From Candidatus Aegiribacteria sp. (GTDB lineage Bacteria > Fermentibacterota > Fermentibacteria > Fermentibacterales > JCC-6): DNA of 13,893 nucleotides. Made by a program: the position numbers and the translations under genes. Below the pieces are notes generated by a model. It made no database searches. It was given only the letters and a program-made list of their open reading frames with translations, and was not told where the DNA came from. The stretch lies in contig JAWOBF010000050.1 of the NCBI GenBank assembly GCA_046498225.1, forward strand, positions 1 through 13,893. Direction: 5' to 3'. Positions 1-7,934 of this stretch are shown here, piece by piece. The first letter of the stretch is position 1. The number at the start of each line of letters is the position of its first letter.

Positions 1-23
1 GGCACGGAAATGGGACATTTTTG

Positions 24-359
24 CTATTTGGGGATCAGGCAGAGGAAGACAAGGGGTTCGTCCCCGGTGTTCTCGAAGCAGTGCTCCTCCTCCGGCACCA
101 CCAGCACCACCGACCCCGGCTCGAGGTCACTGCCGCTGTCGCCCTGCCTGGCACGGCCCCTTCCTGCGAGAACGAAAACCTCGTGTTCCCATTCATGGCT
201 GTGACAGGGTGTGTGGCCTCCGGGCTGGACGGAGAAGCGCCGCATTATGAAATTGGGAGCGCCGTCATCCTCGGAGATAAGCACCCTTATGCCTACGCCC
301 CGGGCGCCTTCCACATCCACTTCTTCCTCTGTAATGTCGGTGTACTTCCTTACAAGCAT
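24..359 (-). CDS. Cupin domain protein, TM1459-like (4-His metal-binding cupin)
   Basis: 111 aa. Cupin motif 1 PGGHTPCHSHEWEHEVFVLAG, motif 2 PEEEHCFEN, plus APNFIMRRF and a C-terminal FLCLIPK, all resembling Thermotoga TM1459 as recalled. RBS AAGGAG lies 5 nt before the ATG. Confidence 0.9.
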   Translation of the reverse strand: MLVRKYTDITEEEVDVEGARGVGIRVLISEDDGAPNFIMRRFSVQPGGHTPCHSHEWEHEVFVLAGRGRARQGDSGSDLEPGSVVLVVPEEEHCFENTGDEPLVFLCLIPK

Positions 360-386
360 GCCATCTCCTTCTGAACGTCCGCGGGC

Positions 387-803
387 TCAGCCCGCGCTGC
401 TTTCATCTCCTGCCGCGAGTGTTACCCGGAACTCCGGCAGACCGGCGGCAACGTGCTTCTTCACCGTGCAGAGCTCGGCCGAGCGTATCAGGGCCCCGTG
501 ATACTTCTTCGGGAACGACCCAGGTACCCTTATCTCTATCTCCAGCATCTCGAACATCTTCGAGTCCGGGTCCCGGGCCGCCCTCTGAACGAGACTTATC
601 CCCTCAGTCGGCAGGCCGTGATGCTGACAGAACGAAAGCACATATATGCCCGCGCAGGTCCCCAGCGAGGCGAAGAACAGGTCGAAAGGCTCCGGCGCGG
701 TCCCCTCTCCCCCGCCCCCGGGTGACTGGTCGGTCCTGACCGTGAAGTCTCCGAAGCTGGCGTCGACTTTCTTTCCGCCGCTGAAAACTATTTCCATCTC
801 CAT
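387..803 (-). CDS. OsmC/Ohr family protein
   Basis: 138 aa. TDQ...GGEGTAPEPFDLFFASLGTCAG and a second Cys in SAELCTVKK match the two-Cys OsmC-like fold. Start could be the second Met (797). Confidence 0.88.
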   Translation of the reverse strand: MEMEIVFSGGKKVDASFGDFTVRTDQSPGGGGEGTAPEPFDLFFASLGTCAGIYVLSFCQHHGLPTEGISLVQRAARDPDSKMFEMLEIEIRVPGSFPKKYHGALIRSAELCTVKKHVAAGLPEFRVTLAAGDESSAG

Positions 804-846
804 TATTTTCCATTCTTCATAACATGTTGTGCGGCCGGTTCCCCGG

Positions 847-3309
847 TCATGGAATGATGTTCACCAGTTTACCGGGGACCACTATCACCCGCCTGGGCTT
901 CCTGCCTTCCAGTATCTCCTCTATTCTTTCCAGCCCCAGGGCGCGTTCACGCATATCTTCCTCCGAGGCTTCCGGGGAGACCATCATCCTCGCCCTTATC
1001 CTGCCTTTCACCTGCACTACTATCTCCACCGTATCACGGACAAGATCCTCCTCGTTCCATTCGGGCCATTCCTGCCGGGTCACGGTGTCGCCGGGGAAAC
1101 CCATCCTGTGCCAGAGTTCCTCCGATATGAAAGGCGTCATGGGTGCCAGGAGCACCAGGAGCTTGCGTATGGAATCCCTCCAGAGAGGCCCGGCCGTCCC
1201 GGCCCTGTCCCTTGCGGCGGAGAGGAAATTGACGAACTCCATGAGCGCCGCCACGGCGGTGTTGAAGGCGAAGCCGTCCATGTCCTCCGTCACCTTCTTC
1301 ACCGTTCTTGCTGTGATGTAGCGGAGTTCATCGGCCAGTTCCCCGTCTTTCTCTTTGGTAGAGGAGTTGTCCGCCGTCTCCAGGACCACCGTCCATACCC
1401 TCTTGAGGAACCTGTAGGTCCCGGCTATGCCGTCCTCGCTCCATTCCAGCTCCGCTTCAAAGGGTCCCATGAAGAGCATGTAGAGCCGGAGGGCATCGGC
1501 GCCGTACTTCTCCACCATCTCGTCCGGCGTTACGATGTTGCCCTTTGATTTGGACATCTTCTGGCCGTTGGCCCCGAGTATCATGCCCTGGTTCTTAAGA
1601 ACTCTGAATGGCTCCGTGAAGTTCAGCATACCGGCGTCGTACATGACCTTGGTCCAGAACCTGGCGTAGATGAGATGCATCACCGCGTGCTCCGCCCCGC
1701 CCACGTAGAGGTCCACCGGAAGCCAGTAGTCCACCGCCTTCGGATCGAAGGGACGGTCATCCTCATGCGGGGAGGCGAACCTCAGGAAGTACCAGGACGA
1801 GCAGACGAAACCCGCCATGGTGTCGGTATCCCGCCTGGCGGGACCTCCGCAGGAGGGACAGGTGGTATTCACCCATTCCTCCGCCCTTGCCAGGGGCGAC
1901 CGGCCCGAATCGTCAGGCTGGAAATCGTCCATCTCGGGAAGCATCACCGGAAGGTCCCTGTCCGGGACCGCGCCGCACCTCCCGCAGTGAATGATGGGGA
2001 TGGGCGCTCCCCAGTAGCGCTGCCTGGAGACCAGCCAGTCCCTTATCCTGTACCGAACGTCCGGCTTGCCGAAGCCTTTCCCGGCGGCGTACTCCGCCAT
2101 TCGCTCCCTGGCTTCGGCGGAATCCAGTCCGTCGAACGGTCCGCTGTTGAGAAGAAGTCCGTCGGCGACGGTGGCTGCTTCCTCGACTCCCCGGGGAACA
2201 CCGTCCGGCGCTATGACCTCGATTATGGGTATTCCGAACTTAACCGCGAAGGCGTGGTCCCTCTCGTCGTGGGCCGGAACGGCCATGATGGCGGCGGTCC
2301 CGTACCCGGCGAGAACGTAATCGGCCACGTAAAGGGGTATCTCGCTTCCGTTGAAAGGGTTGACCGCGAAGCATCCGGTGAATACGCCGGTCTTCTCCCT
2401 CTCCGCCGCGGCTGTGCGCTCAATGTCACTCTTCGACCTGGCGGTCCTGCAGTAGTCCATCACAGATTCACGCCTGTCCGGGGTGACCATTCTTTCAAGC
2501 TCCGGATGCTCCGGGGCAAGTACGCAGAAGGTGGCTCCGTAAATGGTGTCAAGCCTGGTGGTGTAGACCGGCAGGTGGAACTCCTCTCCGGTTTCGGGGT
2601 TCACCACCCTGAAGTCTACCCCGGCGCCCTCGGACCGGCCTATCCAGTTCCTCTGCATGGCCTTGATGCCCTCGGGCCAGTCCAGGTCCTCCAGGTCGGC
2701 AAGCAGCCTGTCCGCGTAATCGGTTATTCTGAAGAACCACTGCTTCAGCTTCTTCCTGGTGACCTCTCCGTCGCATCGCCAGCAGATACCGCCGGCGGCC
2801 TCCTCGTTTGAGAGGACTATCCTGCAGTGGGGACACCACGTCTGGTCGTTCTCCCTCTGGTAGGCCAGGCCCCTGTCGAAAAGGAGGTTGAAGAAGTACT
2901 GTGTCCATCTGTAGTAATCAGGGTCGCTTGAGTTTATCTCCCGATTCCAGTCGTAGCTGGCCTCTATCAGCTTCATCTGCCTGCGATAGGTGTCAGTGTT
3001 TATCCTGGTAACCTCCGAGGGATGGACCCCGGTCCTGATGGCATACTCCTCCGCCGGCTGCCCGAAGGCGTCCCATCCCATGGGATGCAGGACATTGAAC
3101 CCGTCCATCCGCTTCTTCCGGCATATGACATCGGTGGGTATGTAATTCTTGCAGTGGCCCACCGAAAGGCCGGCCCCCGAGGGATAGGGGAAGTAGTCCA
3201 GACAGTAGAAAGGTTCCTTGCCGGGGTCTGTCCCGGTCCTGTACAGTTCCATCCTGTCCCAGACGGGTCTCCATTTGTTTTCGAGCTCTCTGAAATCGTA
3301 GGGGTCCAA
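847..3309 (-). CDS. leuS: Leucine--tRNA ligase
   Basis: FPYPSGAGLSVGH (HIGH variant), HPMGWDAFG, MQRNWIGRSEG, CP1 editing domain (TTRLDT, MAVPAHDERD), DWLVSRQRYWGAPIP, YVGGAEHAVMHL, KMSKS and C-terminal VQVKGRIR...VPGKLVNI. Start moved from ATG 3333 to TTG 3309 because GGAGGA (3316-3321) sits 6 nt upstream of it. Confidence 0.97.
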   Translation of the reverse strand: MDPYDFRELENKWRPVWDRMELYRTGTDPGKEPFYCLDYFPYPSGAGLSVGHCKNYIPTDVICRKKRMDGFNVLHPMGWDAFGQPAEEYAIRTGVHPSEVTRINTDTYRRQMKLIEASYDWNREINSSDPDYYRWTQYFFNLLFDRGLAYQRENDQTWCPHCRIVLSNEEAAGGICWRCDGEVTRKKLKQWFFRITDYADRLLADLEDLDWPEGIKAMQRNWIGRSEGAGVDFRVVNPETGEEFHLPVYTTRLDTIYGATFCVLAPEHPELERMVTPDRRESVMDYCRTARSKSDIERTAAAEREKTGVFTGCFAVNPFNGSEIPLYVADYVLAGYGTAAIMAVPAHDERDHAFAVKFGIPIIEVIAPDGVPRGVEEAATVADGLLLNSGPFDGLDSAEARERMAEYAAGKGFGKPDVRYRIRDWLVSRQRYWGAPIPIIHCGRCGAVPDRDLPVMLPEMDDFQPDDSGRSPLARAEEWVNTTCPSCGGPARRDTDTMAGFVCSSWYFLRFASPHEDDRPFDPKAVDYWLPVDLYVGGAEHAVMHLIYARFWTKVMYDAGMLNFTEPFRVLKNQGMILGANGQKMSKSKGNIVTPDEMVEKYGADALRLYMLFMGPFEAELEWSEDGIAGTYRFLKRVWTVVLETADNSSTKEKDGELADELRYITARTVKKVTEDMDGFAFNTAVAALMEFVNFLSAARDRAGTAGPLWRDSIRKLLVLLAPMTPFISEELWHRMGFPGDTVTRQEWPEWNEEDLVRDTVEIVVQVKGRIRARMMVSPEASEEDMRERALGLERIEEILEGRKPRRVIVVPGKLVNIIP

Positions 3310-3351
3310 GTCATATCCTCCGAATGGTGTCATACTTCCGCACGAAACGGT

Positions 3352-3380
3352 AGTATGACCAGAAACCCGGTCGAGGTAAA
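3352..3380 (-). promoter_or_regulatory. Possible sigma70-type promoter for leuS
   Basis: TTTACC (3380-3375), 17-nt spacer, CATACT (3357-3352) in the intergenic region. Moderate match to consensus only. Confidence 0.4.
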
Positions 3381-3412
3381 GTACTGGCAGGGGCTTCTCC
3401 GGGACATGCTTT

Positions 3413-6400
3413 TCAGTCTGCGCAGGGGAATATCAGGCTTACTTTTCCCCGCTGATCATCCCTTCGAATGGTGCCTCCTGAGAGCCTCATTACAAGGCAC
3501 AGAAGGCTGATCTCAGCTTCCGGTGTCATACCGGAGGAGGGATGCCACGTTTCTTCCGGGTCGCAGAGAACGTCGGGAAGATGGTTGAGCTGTCCTCCGT
3601 CAACCCTTTTTATCTCCACTTTCAGGAACTGCTCCGGTTCGCCGGAAAGATCATCGGCGGGCTCCAGGCTGCCGCGTTTCACCACGGATACTCCGAAGGC
3701 CGGAGCCGATCCCGAGCAGGCTATTTCACAAAGTCCGGATGTCACCTCGCTTATCAGGCGGAGCTCCCCGGAAACGTCGTAGAGATCGCCGGAAATGGAA
3801 ACGTCGGGAGTAATCCGGCCGTTCTCCATGAACGAGGCCATGACCATGTCGAGGTAGGACTCGGTGTCTATCCTCTGAGGAACTGTGTTCAGCGCTATCT
3901 GTATCAGCCTCAGATAATGATGTGCCTTTTCCATGCCATCGAAGGCGTATTCCGCGGTATTCAGGACCGAGGCCGCAGGATGATCAGGGTTCAGCACCTC
4001 CCTGACCCTGCCGAAACCGCTGCCTATGGATGCCAGCAGTTCGACCAGCGAGCTTCTCAGCCGGTCCTCCCAGACTCCGGCCGCTCTGACGTTCTCCAGG
4101 TTCTTCCTGTAGACCGGATCGGAAACAGGCCACCAGATGAGAAGGGTCTCTCCCTCGTGAGCGTCAAGGGCCACCGCCGCCATCTGTACCTCGTCCCCCT
4201 CGGGGGTGATGAGTTCCGTGTCCATTCGGCCCTTTTTCCTGATCCCGGAGATGGCGGCGTCTATGTCCTGCCTTTCGGTTCCCGAGAACATGTCGTAAAC
4301 GGTCCGATTGGAGATAACACCGTCGGTCACGTCCATCCACGTGGAGAGCAGTATCCTGCCGCTGCTGCTGGATATGAAAAACCTGCCGGCCCCCCTCTCC
4401 GCAAGGAATGCGAAACGTCTGCCTATGGCTGATTTCTCCAGCTCCACACAGGTTCTGGCAACGTTCCTGGCGAAATCCTTCATCACGGAGAACTCTTCCC
4501 CCCCGTGGAACTGGCATTCTCCGATAACCTCCGTCTCTGTCTCGAGGGGCAGGGTCCAGTAGGTGGCGTTCTCCTCCGGTTTGAGGTCATGGGATGTCCT
4601 GGTCACCGGCCTTATCCCTCTTATTCTGACCGAAACCCGTGAAGCTCCGGATGTCTCCAGCAGCGCCGCGGCGGCGGCCTCCTCCACCCTTGTCCTGTCC
4701 GATGCGGAGAGCAGCGCGGAGGTGCCTCTGCTAAGAGCGGAATAGGTCTCCGCTGCCTTCTTCGCGGCCTTGATACTGTAGACGTCATCCGATTTGACGC
4801 CGGCTATTATCACCACAGGCTCCAGGTTCCTGTTTTCCACCGACTCGGTCCTGATTAGACGCCATACGCATCTGGTGGTATTGCCGTTCTGGTCCTCGAC
4901 CTCCCACGATTCCGGGTACTCGGAAGAGCCGTTCCTGAGGAGTGTCTGAGCGTTGCCTAGACCACCGATACCGCTGAACAGGATGTTGGCGGCCAGCTGG
5001 GGTCTTCCGGCGGCCAGATCGGAGGACACGCCTGTAAGTTCCTCCATCGGCCCGTTCCAGATCATCACCGACCAGTCCAGCCTGAAAATCGCCACCGGTA
5101 TATCCAGCGAGTTCACTATCCTGTCGATAAGTTCGTTCTGTCTGGCGTTGAGAAGGTCCAGATGTTCCAGTTCGGTCTCGTATTCGCCGGCGCTGATACA
5201 GGACATCACAATCCCGGCGGCAAGTTCCGCAAAGGGAAATACGTCCATGGACGGTTCGCTTTTCCCGTAGCAGATAACGAGACAGCCGCAGCTGCTGGTC
5301 TCCGATTCGAGGGGAAACACCAGGCAGCTGCTGAAATCCCCGCTCAGGACCCCCAGGTCCTCACCGGTGAGGCGGTAGCCTGAATCGCTCTCCACCGCGG
5401 CGGGAGCCGTCCTGAGTTCGGAGAACATCTTGGGAGCGCTCTCCGGCCAGCCGGGAGTGGACCCGGCAAGTTTGTTGTCCGCCATGGGATCCGAGAGGTA
5501 CAGAGCTACGGCGTCCGCAGCCAGACATTCCTGCAGCCCCCGGGCGATCCGTCTGCTGTCGGGGTTCATGCCGGACCGAAGGGATTCGGACAGGGAGTTG
5601 AGCTTCCTCACCATCTCCACGCAGGCTGCGTGCTGCTCTCGCAGGATGGTGATGTCGGAAATGTCCTCGAAGATACCAACCGCGTAGAAGATCTCCCCGG
5701 AATCCTCCACTATGGGGTGAACATCCTGAAGCACTATCCTTCTCGTTCTGTCGGGAAGCAGGAAATGAGCGGTTCTCGCCTCCTCCTTCTCGTAGGTCGT
5801 GCTGGTGAAGAACGGTCTTGTCTGGTCCTCGATGATCTCATAGCTCTCGCTGGGAAGGATCTCGTTGAGCTGTATTCCCAGCAGGTTCTCCACCAGCCCG
5901 AACATGCGGCCGAAAGCCCGGTTCGAAACGAGTATCCTGTAATCCTTGTCGAACAGCACCAGCCCGGTGCTAACCGAGTGAAAATAGGCCTGGTTCATCT
6001 TCCTGCTGGTCCGAAGCCGATTCTCGGCCTGAAAGCTTTCCGTGGTGTCGAAGCAGGTGCCCACCAGGCCGCTCCCTCCGGGGGTGAACCTGCATTCGAT
6101 CCTTCTCTGAGCGTCCGGCCGGCATATCACCTTTATCTGCTTGCCCTCCAGAGCCATCTTGATGATGTTCTCCCAGGAGTACAGGACAGGCGATACGAGA
6201 ACGTCCTGAATGCTCTTGCCCAGCGCGTGCTTGCGTGGAACCCTGAAAATAGTGGACATGGCCTTGTTCCAGAGAGTGATCACTCCGGCCCTGTCGGTAC
6301 CCACGATGCCCGCTCCCAGTTCGTCAAGCATCACGTCGCTTCTGCTCTGAAGGCCCGGTATGGCGAATAGAACTATCTCAACGTGTTCATTGACCGTGCT

Positions 6401-6649
6401 CACCGTACCGGTAAGCGTGGAGGTGGCCAGATAAACGGGCAGGTCGGGAAGGCCGGAGGCGAGTACGGAGGAGAGTTCGGAGGGCAAAAGAGAAATGGGG
6501 TCGGGGGAGTTTATCAGCCTGCGGGCGCTGACTCCCAGAAGTCCCCGGGCATCCCCCGATACGAGGGATATGCCGGAATCCGGCTCCCATCTGATCCTGA
6601 GCCATCCGCGGGAGGCGGACTTCCCTCCGGTTCCATTCCTCATCCTCAT
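3413..6649 (-). CDS. Soluble multi-PAS/GAF sensor protein with degenerate histidine-kinase-like C-terminus
   Basis: 1078 aa. PAS signatures LDELGAGIVGTDRAGVITLWNKAM...FDTTE, FHSVSTGLVLFDKDYRILVSNRAF...FEDIS and VNSLDIPVAIFRLDWSVMIWNGPMEELTG. GAF-like segment LAADAVALYL...SCLVFPLES...GCLVIC. The C-terminal ~220 aa follow a DHp+HATPase layout. No clear TM helix. Start 6649 or 6643. Confidence 0.8.
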   Translation of the reverse strand: MRMRNGTGGKSASRGWLRIRWEPDSGISLVSGDARGLLGVSARRLINSPDPISLLPSELSSVLASGLPDLPVYLATSTLTGTVSTVNEHVEIVLFAIPGLQSRSDVMLDELGAGIVGTDRAGVITLWNKAMSTIFRVPRKHALGKSIQDVLVSPVLYSWENIIKMALEGKQIKVICRPDAQRRIECRFTPGGSGLVGTCFDTTESFQAENRLRTSRKMNQAYFHSVSTGLVLFDKDYRILVSNRAFGRMFGLVENLLGIQLNEILPSESYEIIEDQTRPFFTSTTYEKEEARTAHFLLPDRTRRIVLQDVHPIVEDSGEIFYAVGIFEDISDITILREQHAACVEMVRKLNSLSESLRSGMNPDSRRIARGLQECLAADAVALYLSDPMADNKLAGSTPGWPESAPKMFSELRTAPAAVESDSGYRLTGEDLGVLSGDFSSCLVFPLESETSSCGCLVICYGKSEPSMDVFPFAELAAGIVMSCISAGEYETELEHLDLLNARQNELIDRIVNSLDIPVAIFRLDWSVMIWNGPMEELTGVSSDLAAGRPQLAANILFSGIGGLGNAQTLLRNGSSEYPESWEVEDQNGNTTRCVWRLIRTESVENRNLEPVVIIAGVKSDDVYSIKAAKKAAETYSALSRGTSALLSASDRTRVEEAAAAALLETSGASRVSVRIRGIRPVTRTSHDLKPEENATYWTLPLETETEVIGECQFHGGEEFSVMKDFARNVARTCVELEKSAIGRRFAFLAERGAGRFFISSSSGRILLSTWMDVTDGVISNRTVYDMFSGTERQDIDAAISGIRKKGRMDTELITPEGDEVQMAAVALDAHEGETLLIWWPVSDPVYRKNLENVRAAGVWEDRLRSSLVELLASIGSGFGRVREVLNPDHPAASVLNTAEYAFDGMEKAHHYLRLIQIALNTVPQRIDTESYLDMVMASFMENGRITPDVSISGDLYDVSGELRLISEVTSGLCEIACSGSAPAFGVSVVKRGSLEPADDLSGEPEQFLKVEIKRVDGGQLNHLPDVLCDPEETWHPSSGMTPEAEISLLCLVMRLSGGTIRRDDQRGKVSLIFPCAD

Positions 6650-6683
6650 CCCTCTTCCGGCGTACGGAAAACCGCAGCCTGGA

Positions 6684-7814
6684 TCAGATCATGTACTGAA
6701 GACCGATGCAGAAGTGCGTCCAGGAATCATCCACATGATCGGAGTATTCATCGGGAAAAGAAGTACTCTGACGGGACCTTCCTATATGCGAGAGAGCGAC
6801 TTCCACCCTAATTCTATCGGAGGTATAGTTCCCTCCCACGGAAAACGCCATACCCACTTTTCTCATGTTCTCGCCCTCGTTGAATCCCACTCCGGCCATA
6901 AGGCTGATCTCGCGCCTGATGGGTGTCTCCAGGGAAAGCTTGCCGTTGAAGTAGTTCCTGTCGAAGGGCGAGACTATTTCTCCCTCGAACCCCATGGTGG
7001 TGTTGCCGATATGCTCCGCCCTCGCCCTGCCGGCTATTGAAAGCTTGGAATGATACCTGTCTTCAGAACCGGAGGTGTAGCTGGCGCCGGCGCTCATCAG
7101 GTCGTCGCCGACAACGAACCCGGCGTGGTAGCATGCGTCGGAAAGGTCCCAGCTCCACACGCTGGTGGAATCGACCACGGGAGTGTACTTCGCGTCGTAG
7201 GCGTATTCGTAGCTCACCTCACCGAATCTCAGTCCGCCCGACACACCGGCCTTCATATTGTCGTTCAGGCTCCAGGATACGCCCCCCAGGGCCTCCCACA
7301 GTCCGCCTGTGGCCACAAGAGTCTCCACGATGTCAATGCCGGGATGAGACGGATTCTCAGGAAGGAAATGGGTGCCGTCGTACTGGAAATCGGAAACCCT
7401 GGCCACACCGGCTCCGAAGACCAGGTCAGGTCCTATACGGTAAGCCACAGCTCCGGTCAGCCCGCCTATTCCGCTGCCCGACCGCTGCGTAACGCTGGTG
7501 CTGTCCACCACCTCTTCCGTCCAGGCCATGGATGAGGTAGAAGCTGAGATGTTCAGGCGGCCGACGTTGTGAAGAGTTGCCGGATTCATGAACAGGGAGG
7601 TTGCCCCTTCGGACCCGAACACCCTGATGCCGACCATCGCCGCCGACCTCAGGCTCAGCACATCGATGGAATTTCCGTAGGAGAGGGCATCGTGAAAGCC
7701 GTAACCCAGGGCCACCGCGGGAAGCCCTGCGATGATGAATACATACCAGGCAATGGAAACCGCGGACATCCCGCCGCGCCTGCTGTCTGATCTCTGAAAG
7801 AAGTTATGGAGCAT
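6684..7814 (-). CDS. Outer-membrane beta-barrel protein, FadL/PorV-like
   Basis: Hydrophobic signal-like segment (IAWYVFIIAGLPAVALG), SLRSAAMVG...SLFMNPATL resembling the FadL/PorV N-terminal motif with NPA, many amphipathic Gly/aromatic beta strands, C-terminal FCIGLQYMI. Start placed at ATG 7814 (RBS AGGAAAGGA; the track's TTG 7880 lies in the predicted -35 box). ATG 7769 is an alternative. Confidence 0.7.
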   Translation of the reverse strand: MLHNFFQRSDSRRGGMSAVSIAWYVFIIAGLPAVALGYGFHDALSYGNSIDVLSLRSAAMVGIRVFGSEGATSLFMNPATLHNVGRLNISASTSSMAWTEEVVDSTSVTQRSGSGIGGLTGAVAYRIGPDLVFGAGVARVSDFQYDGTHFLPENPSHPGIDIVETLVATGGLWEALGGVSWSLNDNMKAGVSGGLRFGEVSYEYAYDAKYTPVVDSTSVWSWDLSDACYHAGFVVGDDLMSAGASYTSGSEDRYHSKLSIAGRARAEHIGNTTMGFEGEIVSPFDRNYFNGKLSLETPIRREISLMAGVGFNEGENMRKVGMAFSVGGNYTSDRIRVEVALSHIGRSRQSTSFPDEYSDHVDDSWTHFCIGLQYMI

Positions 7815-7851
7815 GACAGGTTCCTTTCCTGAGAAGATTAACGTATCCGTA

Positions 7852-7880
7852 ATGATACAAGCGGGGGGCGGGAAAATCAA
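7852..7880 (-). promoter_or_regulatory. Sigma70-type promoter for the barrel-sensor unit
   Basis: TTGATT (7880-7875), 17-nt spacer, TATCAT (7857-7852), about 40 nt upstream of ATG 7814. Confidence 0.65.
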
Positions 7881-7882
7881 TG

Positions 7883-7911
7883 TTGCGCGGCGATGGGATC
7901 GGCCGTATTTT
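7883..7911 (+). promoter_or_regulatory. Possible sigma70-type promoter for ndk
   Basis: TTGCGC (7883-7888), 17-nt spacer, TATTTT (7906-7911), upstream of RBS AAAGGGGA and ATG 7935. Confidence 0.45.
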
Positions 7912-7934
7912 CCGGCCAGATGAAAGGGGAACCG

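Noticed and set aside
1..18. Possible start of a next minus-strand gene (ATG TCC CAT TTC CGT GCC) 5 nt after the cupin stop
   Set aside because: Only six codons are visible and there is no clear RBS; cannot be supported.
829..2811. Long plus-strand ORFs 829..1548 and 1675..2811
   Set aside because: Antisense shadows of leuS, expected with GC-rich codon bias; His/Arg/Pro-rich with no motifs.
3334..3412. T-box riboswitch or attenuator upstream of leuS
   Set aside because: The intergenic region is about 100 nt at most, with no T-box consensus or terminator.
3542..6370. Plus-strand ORFs 3542..4432 and 5630..6370
   Set aside because: Antisense to the 1078-aa sensor, which has recognisable PAS/GAF motifs.
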